Of a DNA stretch of 64,000 bases, positions 1 to 13,696 are shown in pieces. This stretch comes from Zootoca vivipara (taxonomy: Eukaryota). The stretch lies in assembly GCF_963506605.1 (NCBI RefSeq), contig NC_083283.1:39060001-39124000 (forward strand). Direction: 5' to 3'. The number at the start of each line of letters is the position of its first letter. Positions within the stretch are counted from its first letter, which is position 1. The translations under genes were made by a program, and so were the position numbers. The notes under the pieces are model-generated. The model was not told where the DNA came from and did no database searches. It saw only the letters and a program-made list of their open reading frames with translations.

Positions 1-36
1 ATTGATTAGGTTCAGGACCTGTTATCTCCCATAACC

Positions 37-449
37 TGTGACGAGTATAGGGCTCCTCTGAGTTATTTACAACTCAATTAGGAGCCACTAAATGCCGCCC
101 GGCATGCTTTCTCTAGCGCCTCTGCTCCGTAGACCCGGGCTTGGCAGTAAAATAGCAGAGTTTTCCTTTTCTCTTTCTCATGCACAGCGGTAGCTTGTAT
201 AGCCTTTGGATAAAAAGCCTTTTAAGAACACACAGAGTCTGAGGTGTTCTAATAACTACTGAAGTTTATTCTACAGAGAAAATAACAAACGACCTGGTGA
301 GCTCGCAGACATCTTGCGACCGTCTCCCAGGCAGAATCGAAACCAACTGTTACACAAAGAAATGCTTCCAGTACATTCTGTAACATGATATCTTCCTCAG
401 TGGTCAGGTGCTACACAGTTAACCCCTTGGTTACCTGTTACTCCTCACA
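37..449 (-). mobile_element. Possible solo LTR
   Basis: tgtgacgagta...tactcctcaca inverted termini (10/11), minus-strand AATAAA at 265-270; TSD not seen. Confidence 0.45.
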
Positions 450-2913
450 ATATTTCGACAGTGAAAAATTAGCAACCACTCCTTTCATTGTTGGGATAAT
501 GTTTCAATTGTTCTAAAGCTTTGGGAGGAGACATACATTTTACATAAATAAAGAAGCATAGAGAGAAGCCACAGAAGAAAGGAAATAGAGGAAAAGTCCT
601 TCCCAGCAAAGGACAGATCCATGTGTGGAAGGAAATTGTCTTAGTCATGTGGGTTTCATTTAAAATGATCAAATATCCATGGAGAATATGTTAATGAGGA
701 ATGATAAAAGCACTCAAATAGCTTTTGGTTGTATATACTAAAAGGGGAACATCCCCAAGTAACTATTTCTATCACACAATTTTTAATCATGCCCATAGGA
801 AGGAAGGAAGCAGGACACTAATCCAAAAACAATGATAGTGGGAATCTCAGAGAAGCACTGAAGATATATTTAATTGAAATTGCAAAAACATTTCATGTGA
901 GTTCATGAAAGAATCAATCAAAATGGATAAGATACCAAACCAAAGGTCCTTATAGTTCACAGTAACGAGAGTAAGTTTAGGATTTCAGATTTTTTGTGAA
1001 TCCCACTTTATTTTCTCAGCAGAACCTCGGGGTGGGGATGCTGCTATCTTTCAACATTATGAACCAGACAAATTCCATAGTCCATGGAATGAAAGGTGTT
1101 GGTGACGTCGCCTAAGGGAAACTTGCCTTAGAACATATCTTTTGAAAGATGTCAGCTAGTGGCTCATAAAAACACCTAATAACAAGGTCTGAGTGAAAAG
1201 TGTGTATCACTATGTGAGGCATATCTAGTCTTTTTAAGGTTTTATAGGGCTTAACACCAATCAACGCTATAAATCAAAGGTCATTTCTTCATAGTGTATA
1301 AAAGCTAAAAGAGCATACTTTGATTAATCTGTGCAAAGGCAACACAACTCTTTTTCATGCTATTAAGTAAAAACATGTTTAATGACATTTTTGTACCCAC
1401 ATTCTCCAATGAAATTTCTTTTCTACCAAGCCCATGAACTTGAACTGTTCAGAGCATGACATACAGAAAACATGAAAGGGCCAGATCAATTACTAGACAT
1501 TAATTTACAAATCCTCCACCTATATTGATTCATAAAAGCTTCATGGTTTCTTCACATTAAAATATAACAGCATTACATAGCTAGAAGCAATAAATGTCCT
1601 GGCATGCACAACTACGGATTCATTTTCATTCTTTGCTGTTTGTTTTCCCCATTTTCTTCCTTGGGTTAGTTTAACCATATGCTTCTTGCCATCACTTCCA
1701 CTGGGGGGGGGGGGGAGAGCGGAGCTCTGTTTGTGATTGTTTTTAGGACCTCAGAGAAAACAGGTCAACAGTTCACTTGAGAGTGTTTAGCCATTACAGA
1801 AAAACCTTTGTTCCCCACAAGCAATATGTAGTTTTTGTTTGAAATGAAAGAGAGAGCCCCTACCCTCATTGGAGCTGGTAGGCAGGAAGAAGCTAGCTGG
1901 GAAATATTCCCCAGCGTATGATACTGTGCAGAAGTTCTAAAAATATTGAACTGCCTGTCTCCAGAGAAAGAATGTGAGAGTGAAGGATAATATCGAGAGG
2001 TGAACCTTCTCCAAGTAGCTGAGTATATTTTCAGGGGAGGGATGTGTGCTACTGTTGCAAGGTTCCTAAAAAAAGATGGGGTTTTAACTGCTGTGTTTGA
2101 TTGCTTTCTCTGGGGATAGCTGGTAGAGCAAGAGTAACTGCCATTAACTCCCATGGATTGGAAATATAAGATACAAATATCAGTCCTGAGCTTAAAAATG
2201 TGTTACATTTTTCCTTCCCTTGGGAGAATGTTCAAAATATGCCAAGACAGCATCATGTGTCTCCGGGACAGATATGTATAAGTTGCAGACTTTGCCAGCA
2301 AAATATACATCAACGAGAATCCAAACTAGGAAGGACCAAGGTGGTGCCTTTCAGATGTTGTTGGATCAACTTGCACCATTATGCCTGACTATTGGCCACT
2401 CACTGAAAGTGCCCAGCATTGCCTGAAATTACTAAGAAACCAACAAACAAAATAGATTACTAAATGGATACTGTGATTTGTTAGTTTTAGGGCTGCTCTG
2501 TCCCCCTGCCCAAGGCCCTTAGCTGGTGAATGCCCAGCCTATGCATGCCCCGTGTCATGCGATCAATTATGCGGGGTGGGGCTTATCTGCCCCTTCCAAT
2601 ATTTTATTCAAGTTGGCACCTCTGAGTGAAGGAGACCCCTGCAGCCAACAGGATGATTCCTGTTGTGTGATTCCTGCATTGCTGCTGCACATGCTCAGCT
2701 GTTGTGTCAAGCCTACTTAGCCTCCCCATTCATGGGTCAAAACCCTTTCCTTTATCTCAGGAACTGTCATGCCAAATTGGGTGATGATATCTCCTGAGGT
2801 GTGTGAATCAGTGTAGTTCTGAATGTTTCAGCCTGCCAACTTGATCCAGAATGGCATACAATGGCTTTGAAATGTAGACAAAAAATGAAATATTTGAAAA
2901 TTGACTTCCTATT

Positions 2914-3292
2914 GTTGTTGTTGTTGTTGTTTAGTCGTTTAGTCGTGTCCGACTCTTCGTGACCCCATGGACCATAGCACGCCAGGCACTCCTGTCTTGC
3001 ACTGCCTCCCACAGTTTGGTCAAACTCATGTTCGTAGCTTCGAGAACACTGTCCAACCATCTCATCCTCTGTCGTCCCCTTCTCCTTGTGCCCTCAATCT
3101 TTCCCAACATCAGGGTCTTTTCCAAGGATTCTTCTCTTCTCATGAGGTGGCCAAAGTATTGGAGCCTCAGCTTCACGATCTGTCCTTCCAGTGAGCACTC
3201 AGGGCTGATTTCCTTCAGAATGGATAGGTTTGATCTTCTTGCAGTCCATGGGACTCTCAAGAGTCTCCTCCAGCACCATAATTCAAAAGCAT
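2914..3292 (-). mobile_element. BovB (RTE) LINE 3' fragment
   Basis: RVPWTARRSN...HGVTKSRTRLND C-terminus, (CAA)n tail, 11-bp TSD gacttcctatt (2903-2913 / 3314-3324). Confidence 0.95.
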
Positions 3293-3656
3293 TACTATTC
3301 GTCCTATTCCTAGGACTTCCTATTACTCCTGCTTAATTCCTTTCCGCCTTCTTATCTAAGCAATTCTTCTGAATTTGGATCTTAAATTGGGCTGCCCAAA
3401 ACTAATTATAACATTCCAAATGTGTATAGCTAGCTACTAAAATGCTCCTGATCTTTTAAGTCCCATTGGGTTCACTGGGAATTACTGCTAGGCAAATGTC
3501 TATAGGATTGCAGCCTTAGTTCATTGCACTTTTTTGGACTTCATCCAAAAGCTTTGTAATTCGTTAGGAGCATGAACTACATGCTCTTTATAATAAAAAA
3601 GGTAATTTCCATGGTTAGATAGCAATATGAAGAACACATCTTGATGGTAGAGAACA

Positions 3657-3889
3657 TTAAGCAGCACAGTGTTTTGGTGTCAAGCTGTTTTTGTTTTTCT
3701 GTGGCTGGTTCCTCTCGATATTGTTAGAGGACCTGAGGGCCAGGTGGTGGTGGAAGACAGATTTCCACTGTGAAGCAAATGGAAGCCTATCACCAGCAAG
3801 CACCTGGGAAAGGCTAGGCAGGCGCACTTGAAATCCATCACCTTTGGTGCTTCTGTTTTGCTTCTTTACCAGGTTCTCCACTAGTATGG
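3657..3889 (-). pseudogene. Terminal exon 8 of the DUF4708-like pseudogene
   Basis: Acceptor attcatttcag|C, phase 1, 76 open codons ILVENLVKKQ...PKHCAA ending in TAA. Confidence 0.5.
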
Positions 3890-4367
3890 CTGAAATGAAT
3901 ACCCTTTTATGATAAAGGCCAAATGGCTTAAATGCTTTTGCTACCTCCCTCCATCCCAAAGATCCTTCTGTTGTCAGTACTTGGGACAAACAGTAAAAGA
4001 CCTCCCTACCCTGACACAACTGTTGGTTTCCTTCCTGCTTTGCCCCACAGCCACAGTGAAACGTGATTGCGGTGATTTCTCCTGCTGCTGCATGACTGGA
4101 GTGTTAAGGAGCAGAAAAAGACACCCATCTAATTATTTTATGCAGCATGCTCAATATACCTTTCCTCAGCTGGGAATGCAATGTGTTCTCTGCATGGCGC
4201 AGTATGGTACTGAAACAAAATAATTAGAGGAACCCTGCTGCCAGTTCTTTCACTTTACTTGATCTGATTCGGGAGATTCGTAGAAGCTTAATTGGCCAAA
4301 CTAAATTATTAGATGTGCCACTAATTGCAAAGAGCAGGGCGCTGTTAGGAGCACAGCCATCCTTTAC

Positions 4368-4728
4368 ACTGATGTAAGTGCTGGTCACACTGCTTGCTTT
4401 CTGCAGGGATTGGGGGTTTAACAGATAACCTCAGGTGAATGTTGCAATAGCCCATGCTGATCAAGCCCCTCTCTGGACTCTTATATTGAAAGCAGGAAAC
4501 ATTCAAGTCAGAGATCCTAAGAGAAGCAGACATATTTACAGAAGGACAAGCTGGGCATTTGGGCTTCACAGGAAGACGTGCATTGGAGACTTTTGAATAC
4601 GAGTGACTGCAATTCAGTCCATGTCAGGACATTTTATGTTCAGCAGCCACTGCAGTGCACATGCAATCCAAACCACTTTCACTTTAGAGATGAGATGCCA
4701 CAGCCTGTGCCTTCTTGCCAAATGTGAC
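4368..4728 (-). pseudogene. Exon 7 of the DUF4708-like pseudogene (poorly conserved tail)
   Basis: Strong acceptor ttcttcttgcag|G, weak donor AGT|GTAAAG; phase 0->1; stops at 4684-4686 and 4624-4626, then ~85 open codons. Confidence 0.5.
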
Positions 4729-6086
4729 CTGCAAGAAGAAGCCTCTACAGCTTTTTCCATGGGTCTGAACTTTCTCCACTCCTCCATGCTTCTGAGCTGA
4801 CAGGACAGGCAGGGTTTCTGCCCTATCTCTACAAAGGTGATACTCTTTATATTTGCATAGCATTTTCTAAAGCTTCTCCTCACCTCAGTCGCTTATCTTT
4901 TTACAACACCCAGGTAAAATAGGTCAGTGTTATTCCACACATACTGCAAATTGTAAAAGCGTAGCTGGATCTTTTGCATGTTTACTCAGAAGTAAAACCT
5001 AAAGTGTAGCATGGAGTAGCAGCCTCTTCAGAGAAGGTGACTCTCTAGCATATTCATCTCGTCTTTGCCTACAATAGTGGACTTGGGGCTTTCAAATTTC
5101 AGCAGTGCCTTGCGTGACACCAACATTTGGCACCCCCTGCCTCTCACCTTCCGCTTTACATCATTGCTGTAGCGCCCCCTGCAGTGCCCTCTTGGCTCAG
5201 CACCCACTATGGGCGAACCAGTCACACTCCTCTAAATCCACCTCTGCTGCCTGATTATTTCCCTCCTTCTCTCACATCCTCTATGCTCATCAGACTGCAG
5301 TTTCAGTTATTTGCAAAAATCATAGGGCACAATCCAACCAGAATTCACATTTTTCAAATGCAATTCCTTTCAGCAGGACTTAAAGTTATTTAAATTGGTC
5401 CTAAAGTTGTTTAAGATTGGTAACGCTCCCTAGTTAAACGCTCACCCACCCACATCCTCTAGCTTCTAGAAAGAAGTAATATTTTCATATTTCTAAAAAG
5501 AAAAGAAAGCTATTTCTACATTCTTACACTTTCCCCTTCCATGGTCTAAATGTTTTAAATTTGCCTTGCAATTCCACTAGGGCATTTTCATTCAAGCTGC
5601 AGCACTGTTGAGTTGAAGGCATGGGGCTGAGGGTCAGTGTGCATGGCAGGGGTGGGAGGAAGCGATGGAGTTCTTATATTGAAAATGAGTAATGAAAGAA
5701 ATGTTTTAAACATTTGTAAAAGAAAAGAGAACACGCTAACAATACTTTAATATTATTTGCTGAAACCACATTATTGCTCTTATTCAACAATAATTTATTA
5801 TTGAAGTGGGAGTGGGAAATCACTCTGCCCAGGGTTGGCAAATGCCATAAATACACCACTGAAGACCAGACGTATTCCAGCCCTATGTTGGGGAACCTCT
5901 GGCCTGCAGGACAAATGGGGCCATCCAGGCCTCTCTGCCTGGTCCTTCAGATTCTCTCCAGGCCATATCTCCTCTCCAGCTACACTCCCTCACCGCAGGC
6001 CACACACCCCACACACCCTTTAATATTGCTTCCTTGCTTATCTGAATCAAGGCACCAAGGAGAATCAGGTGGCATTGGGCTCCTAC

Positions 6087-6409
6087 CTTCTCCTACAAAG
6101 ATGTAGCTGGTGGTCAAATAGTTCTCTGTCTTTTTGTGGGTTTCCAACTTATGCCTGACTCTTTTTGCAAGCCCAGTTCCCCTCCTTTGGAGAGTCCTGG
6201 AATGTTCTGGGTCATCCAAGCAACCTGTAGTGACCTGTGCCTGTCTAAGCCTGACTTGGTTAATGCCCAAATCCCTCTGAACAGGATCATTTTGGCTTGG
6301 AACTCATCCAGAACTGGTGCACAGCTTTAGTGGTTACCGGAAAAGCCAAGAAGCATTGCTTCTCCATTGTGCCTTCTGCTTGGTTCATGAAGCAATAAAA
6401 ACAGGGATC
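6087..6409 (-). pseudogene. Exon 6 of the DUF4708-like pseudogene
   Basis: Acceptor tatcttaacag|G and donor AAG|GTAGGA; phase 1->0; ungapped 29-aa match to the end of the C18orf63 conserved region (9 identities); stops at 6327-6329, 6114-6116 and 6093-6095. Confidence 0.7.
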
Positions 6410-6690
6410 CTGTTAAGATACCTCCTCCAGCAGAGACAGGAGAGGGCAATAAGGCATATAACACAAGCCATTTCTGCATTCAGCTTCCTGACCCAAGGAA
6501 GATGGAGATCCCTGCTTTCTTCAGAGGCCTGCTTGAGAAATATTTGTGTGAGCTACAGATGAGCTACCTTTGCATGTGTTTGTGCATATGACGATTCTGT
6601 TCTGTTAGCTTGCATTTAAATATGCACCTATACATACTTTTAAACATTTTCCATCATAACACACAATTCTAAAGCTAGTTTCTCTCAGTA

Positions 6691-6888
6691 CAGTGGTATC
6701 TCGGGTTCTGGGGACCCTTTGCACATCAAAAAGTCTGCAACCCGAACGGCACTTTCGCACATGTTTCTGTGCATGCGCAAAGCGCACAGAACGCTTCTGC
6801 GCATGCACGCCCGGCAGAACCCGGAAGTAAACACGTTCGCAACCCGGAAAAATGCAACCTGCAGCGGACGCAACCCGAGGTATAACTG
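6691..6888. mobile_element. Tigger/pogo-type MITE
   Basis: TA|cagtggtatctcgggtt...aacccgaggtataactg|TA. Confidence 0.85.
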
Positions 6889-7908
6889 TATACACATTTC
6901 TAACCTTATTTTGTCATGTTTCTTCAGGTGAGCTGTGTTGAAACATTTGGGAAGGGCAACAGCCAGTAGCTGACAAAAATCCAATCTGCCCATTAGTCCG
7001 GGTCAGTTTGCGTGATAATGCATAGAGATCAAATTCCTCAAGCTTCCTACTGTGAACACAGACAGAGTGGGGAAGGGAAGTTGACACAGCTTTCTGAAAA
7101 GACATTCACCCTTTAAATAACTTTGGATTTATGTGCACAGCTGTTCTGCAACAGGAACATCACATAAAACAAGAACTGCAAAAACAGAGAGAGGTTAGGA
7201 TGACTAACACCTTCCATTCGCTTATAATAATTAAGCAGGAAATGCATGTGCTCTGATCAGCAAGTGAACTCTGTTTACATTTTTAATGGGTACAAAATGA
7301 TGAAAGAGGTGTATTCATTACAATTAAAAAGACATGGTATGACAAAAAGCATCATTATGGGTTATTTGTATGCGGCAGAGTAGGGCATCCTCTGGGATTT
7401 GTAACAATTAGCATGTGTCACTCCTTTTCATTGTGAATCTGGGGGCTTAAATCACAGTTTAAAAAGCATGTAGAATTCTGCTGATTTCACCACAGTGCAT
7501 GCCTTACCAAGGACAAACTGAATTTGAAAACTGCACCCTTTCAAGAACTGTGATTTTTTTTTTGCATTTTTTTCTTCACAGAAAGGTCATTATTTTTTAA
7601 TAAATGCACGATTCAGGGCTCAGATGTGTTACTTTGCACATGTATTGCAGCATTTTTACCATTTGCTAAATTCATTCTTCCCCACAAGTACAATCAGTAC
7701 CTCAGCATAATTTCTCTGACCCTTGTATACATTTTGTGACCTGGGTTTCCTACTCACAAGCTTTGTGTGTTTTGAAAATAAGGAAGTTTGATTGATTTTT
7801 TTTTAGTTCCTTTAACTCCCTGTGTTTGACCTCCTTACATTTCTGGCTGCCTTCTTCATATCTACAGCCATGCATAACAGTATGGTACACACACAACACA
7901 CACATCTA

Positions 7909-7910
<2 letters not shown>

Positions 7911-7949
<39 letters not shown>
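7911..7949. repeat. (CA)n microsatellite
   Basis: Perfect run; other microsatellites at 14553-14577 (GT), 18523-18563 (ATT), 36458-36488 (TG). Confidence 0.95.
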
Positions 7950-7952
<3 letters not shown>

Positions 7953-8116
7953 TCTTTATGCATGGCTGCAAACTATCTTCATCTTGTCTTTTAGCTTCCA
8001 TTTATAGCTGTCAAGCTGGCAAAACAAACAAACAAACAAACCTAACAACCAAGGATAAAGTTCATGGATTGTTCCTTCTGGTTCCCACTCTTCACCGGAA
8101 TGGAAAAGAATGTGGC

Positions 8117-8450
8117 AGAAGAGCCTGCTGAATCAGGTCAATGGCCATCTGGTCCAGCATGTTCTCTGTGGGATGCCTGTGGGAAGCCTGCAGACAAGAC
8201 CTAAGCTCAACAGCACTCTTCCCACTTCAGATTCCCAGCAACTGGTATTCAAAGGCCTACTGCCTCTGACAGTGGGGACAGAACATAGGCATGCTAGTAG
8301 CCATTGATAGTTCTCTCCTCCAGGAATTTGTCTAATCCTCCTTTAAAGCCATCTAAGTTGGTGACAATCACTGGCTCCTATGGGATCAAGTTCCATAGTT
8401 TAACTATGTGCTGTATGAAGAAGTACTTTCTTTGACCTGCCTTGAATCCA
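8117..8450 (-). mobile_element. CR1-type LINE 3' fragment
   Basis: Reverse strand encodes RKYFFIQHIVKLWN...LDGFKGGLDKFLEE..INGY* followed by a 3' UTR; related pieces at ~11725-11900 (-) and ~12860-13090 (+). Confidence 0.8.
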
Positions 8451-11400
8451 TCTTCATTAAGTGTCCCAGGCTATGGAATATGCAAAAGCCAATCTCCTCT
8501 GCAATCTATTATTATCAAGGCAAACATGCCATTCATTCATCAACAATACCAAGCCCTGAGCACTTTTCTGACTTAGCAGCAAACACACCCATCCAATATC
8601 TACCACCCACTTTTCAGAAAGTGGCCCTGGCCCCCTTACCTCTTTTGTTCCTCCTTTCAGCAGACACCCTTTCTCTTCCAGACAGATATGGGGAGCCTTT
8701 GGCTCTTCAGATATTGATGTACCACAACAACAATGATCCCTGGTTATTGGCCTTGCTTACTGAGGCTTGACAGGAGTTGTAGTTCAGTGACTTCTGTAGA
8801 GTCAAAAGTTCCCCACTCCTGCTACAGCTGCTTGTGAGTCTCTGGGTTATGTGTGCTTCTCAAGAAAGTTCTAGTCCCATCTAGTCTGTTTGCATGAACA
8901 TCCTGAAGCATGATCTATAATTTAGCACCATCTTAATGATCTTTCAGTCCAGGGAGGGCTGTACCTCAGGACCTAGGTAAAGTGGAAGTTGGGCCTTGAG
9001 CATAATTTATCACTCTCCAGCATGGCTTCAAAGGCTAGTAATAGACAGCAGGGATTTTCTTTAATGACTTTTCATCACTGCAATTTCTGTTCATAAATAT
9101 TCATGGGTCATTTAGATTGCATGGCAAATACATATTTATTGGGTGCACACACACACACACATACCCACAAAACATCTAGAGAAAGGTATTGGAATATTTC
9201 AAGGATTGAAATAATTGAATAGCCAGTTATCTTTCATTTAGCCAAGATTACTAAATGGCATCTACATAACAGATGCAGTTGTCACTCCATGCAAAGCAAA
9301 AAATGACTGGAATACAATATGCCCAGGTAATCAACGTCAAATTCTCTTTTCAAAACCTTTCAAAAAATTGGTCACCTGAAGCAGATTATTTGGATACATC
9401 TTGAAATGCACATGTGGTCATGATAAATGCAAGCTTTTTTGATGAAATGGACAATAGTCTTTATTATCTTTATAATTCAAATGGTGACTTGATACCTGCC
9501 TGCTTGCATAACTAGGGTTGACATATTTCAAAAAGGAAAAACCAGGACATCTCAAAAGTTGTTGACTTACCTAAGATCCAGGACAATGCTTGGATGTATG
9601 GCAAACCTAGTAACAGAAATTCACTTTCACAATGGGACTTTTTCAAGTCACCTGCATGCCCCCAACCCTCTGGGACAGATTTGAGGAGCACATGGGAGGA
9701 GAGGAATGAGAAGCCCTGCTACCCAAGGCATGCCCATTCATGCTCTGTTAGATCTTAGCCATGCAACTGAAGCTGAATGTGTAATAACACCATGAATGGA
9801 TAAATGGGGCACTGGCTCTTTCTTTCACTAGGTATGCTAGCAACCTGTGTCAGAAAAGTGTTCAAATACAAAAGATGATGATAACATTTATTTCTATTGT
9901 ATCATCTGAAGTTCAGATTAAGTTCAATTTATCTGAATGAAAGACAGTTAAATACATCCTTAATTTTTCTGTAGCAATCAGAAAGGCTTCCATTCATTTG
10001 GCTGGCTTGTAACCCTCACATTTCTAGATCAGAAGGGATTGCATTTATTTATTTGCTCAGAAGGTAAGTCCCACTGATTTCAATGGGATTTACTTCCTGA
10101 AGTGCATTTAGGATTACTACCTTCTACATGATTGAGGTCACTTTGGTGCTGCTAATGGATTGGTTTCGCTTCACCTCTGGTGGTGCATTCCATTCTCTCT
10201 CGAGGCAGACAGATGCCAACAATTATATGCATACACTATACCCTAACATAATCAGCACATAAAGCAGATACAGCAATGTATCCAACAACCAACAATGCAT
10301 GAGCAGCCCAGTGTTGAATACAAGAGGCAGTCAGGTATGAGCAAAGCTCAGTTGAGTCTGAACCACAAAATTCTATGTATAAATCCTTTTAGAGCTGATT
10401 CTTCTTCTCTCTCTAGTCCCTGTATTACAGTGCTATAAGATTTTCTGTGCAATCCTCTTTAAATCAGTTTCCCCCCTATTAACTTGTTTTATCTATCAAT
10501 GTAGTTTATATAGATTGTTTCCCTGAGCTCCCCATGACCTCAATAACAGAATTCTTGAGCAGAATTATTTTTATCTCAGTTGTCATTGTTGATTTTACAT
10601 CCCACATTCATATTATAATTATTTTTCTTTTGAACTAATGATCTTTGGGGCTTAGCATTTTTCAGATGCAGGTACATTTCCATTTCCTTCTTCCATGTGG
10701 TTTTCTATTTTTATGGCCACACGCAGTAGATATTCTGTTATTTTAATGTGGTACTATTAAGCTGCCTCCTGGCTCATCTGGAGATTCAAAATTATTTACT
10801 TCTGCCCTTCCCACCTTTTAAAGTACTCCAAGGCAGTTCACTTTTATGATGCTTGCTCTATAAAGACAAACAAGCTTTATTGTACTGTTTCCCTCAACAG
10901 CTTCCTAATGGTGAAACTGGCCATTTCCCTCTTACCATTTTTTTTTAAAAAAAATTAATTTATTTTTGCAGATAACAGAGGCAAACCAACAGAAACCCCC
11001 AAAAAGAAAAGGAAGGAAATGGAGGCACGGAGTCCCAAGGTATCTTAAAGAATAGTCCCAATCCAAGGTGTAGATGTGTAATAGATTCAGATCTTCCTAA
11101 CCCTTCTTTGCCCACGTTGAATGCCAACCAGCCAAATTATCACAAAGTAGGGGGGGGGAATAGGGAATCCCAAGACCCAACCAGAGTCCCCTCCCCAATT
11201 CCTACTTGGACCCACCAAAAGACAGCTAGCTGAAGCCTATGCTATACAGAGAGGGAAGGCAGGCAGATGCTGCAAATGGAAACAGAGGGAGAAGAGAACA
11301 GCTTGAAGAGAATGCTGATACACCCCCTCTGCTTGGTTCCAGAAACCACATGGCCTCTGGGCCACCTGCAGAGTGGGAGAAAACCTCACGTCTCCTTTCC

Positions 11401-12380
11401 TCTGTGGGGAGGTGTGTCAGGCAAACCCACCCCCGCCAAAGGCAGGAATGGCATCACCTGGCTAACAGCATCCTCATGCTGGCCTTGGAGCTCTGAACTT
11501 TTAATCATTTGCCATGCAACTCTTGACACACACTGAGCACTTATCTTTCAGAAGATCTTGAACATCTCCTGCAGACATGGGACTCAGATACAACTGAATC
11601 AGAGTACTTTGTTGCTTCTGAAAGTTTGTCCATAGGTTTTTTTAATGTGCATTTGGCTTTACCATAACTATGTTACAAGCCAAATGTTGATAAGCCTTGG
11701 GAGCTACAAGGCATTGACTGATAAGACCATAAGAAGAGCCTGCTTGATCTGGCCAGTAACCATCTAGTCCAATGTTCTGTTCTCAGCCAGATGCCTATAA
11801 GAAGCCCATAAGCAGTGCCTGAGCACAACAGCACCCTTCTGTCCCGTGATTTCCAGCAAATTGGTATTCAGTAGCATGCTGAAGTAGAACATTGCCATCA
11901 GGGTTAAAGTCAAAGAATGCTTTGTTGTGAGTCTTCTACCCAGGCCTCCACGACTGTACTGTATATAGCAACTCATTTTCAATGGGGTATACTTCCTGCT
12001 ATGAGATTGATTTTCTCATGCACACTCTTTCTCTTGGCAGTTTTAAAACCCTGCCACTTTTTAAAAAGTAGTAACTTCTAAATCTTACTCATTCCCCGTC
12101 TTTGAACTTTGTATACGAGAAATATTTTGCACTCTGGGTCTATTTTTGCAAGCCAGCAAGCTGGTGATCATTCTGTTGAAATTGGCCACTTTTATACTAT
12201 CCAAAAAGTTGACAGTGCAATTAACTCCACAAGAAGAAATGTGCTTTCCTAGTAAGAATTTATTTTTCTTTGTTCCTAGAAATGGTTTCTGTTTTTATGC
12301 TACTTAGCCACTGCTTGTTCCTAAATTAGAAAAGGGGCAGAACAAATTAACGTCACCAAAGAATTTTCTGTGTAACTCAC

Positions 12381-12482
12381 CCATTGTTCCTTGAATAGCC
12401 ATCATTACTGGTTCAGTGTTTCCTCGGATTGTGCCGAGGGAAAATGCATATGATTCTCCTTTTAGAAATTCATATTTTTGAC
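12381..12482 (-). pseudogene. Exon 5 of the DUF4708-like pseudogene
   Basis: GQKYEFLKGESYAFSLGTIRGNTEPVMMAIQGTMG (YEFLKGESYAFSLGTIR vs FKMLGERTFTYPLSCIR); donor TGG|GTGAGT. A stronger acceptor at 12537 would extend the exon but needs a frameshift. Confidence 0.65.
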
Positions 12483-13696
12483 CTACAGCCACTCAGAACT
12501 GCAATATAGATTGTTTCTATGGTATCGCCCAGTCTAGCTTGAAACAAAATCTAAAGCTTTGATAGCAGGGAGAGCAAAGAAACCAATAATGGAAACCTAT
12601 TGATTTGCAACATTGCTTGTTCCCTACACAGCAAAGTATTTAACTTGTTATGTGGCCTATGCTTCCCCTCCTACGTTATATCACAAGAGAAAGCATGTTT
12701 TTTTTGTCTTGCCACCACACCTAGAATGAAGACTTGAGACTGGAATATGGACGTAACTTGTTATACTAGAAAACAGGGGTCAAACAAGAAAGTTGCATAG
12801 TAGAAGATTCAGAACATCACATGCAGAAATCACCCTAAGACGTAGTGATGATTGTCAGCTTGGGCGGCTATGAGAATAAGGCTTATCAATGGCTACCAGA
12901 AGTAATTCTGGTCAATCCAAAAAGATGATGTCATTGAATGACCAGTTATTGGGGGTCATTGGCAGGAGAATGTTATTAGGCCCATGTCCTAATTATGAGA
13001 TTCTGATAGATATCCAGTTGGAGACTGTAGGGGAACAGGAATTGTACTAAATGACCATTTCCCTTGATCCAGCAGCGCTCCTCTTATGTTAAGTGTCAGA
13101 GTAATGTACAGCAGGTAAAAAGCAACACCTGTCTATTGGCCAATCAGGGATTGGAAACCTGCTCTTGCATAAATAATATGTCCCCTGTGTGGATGAAAGT
13201 ATCAGAATGGAAGTTGAGGCAGAAGTAGCTTTCAATCACAGAATTGGAAGGGATCCCAAGGCTCATCTAGTCCAACCCCATGAATCTCAGCATGTGGTCT
13301 CCCATTCAGTTTTATTGCTGCACCACTAGCTCAACTTATGAATGGCGTCATCAGATTTCCATATCTACGCTCTAATAGAATAATCCGTGTACATAGCATT
13401 TTACTTTGTGGATCATCTGTGCTAGGCTTCATTTGGGAGCATGCCTGTTACACATTTTAGTGGGATTTTATTGCTGCCCTCATTCTGGGCATGGTAGTGT
13501 GGGGAAATGCTTACTGCTTCTAAACCTATCATTTTGCTATCTTGAGTATCTACCGGTAAGCAAGCTATTTTCAATCTGATGTATGTGATATTCTGCCAGC
13601 ATAGCAAGAGTTTTGCTGAATCCTATAGCCCATCAGTAGCCAAAAGTTTCCCCCCAGCTAATGATGGAATGCAGTATCTCCCACACGGTCACTCAC

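Noticed and set aside
5980-6270. 96-aa ORF from the track as the coding frame of exon 6
   Set aside because: The phase-consistent frame with C18orf63 similarity is a different one, containing stops. The longer open frame shows no similarity.
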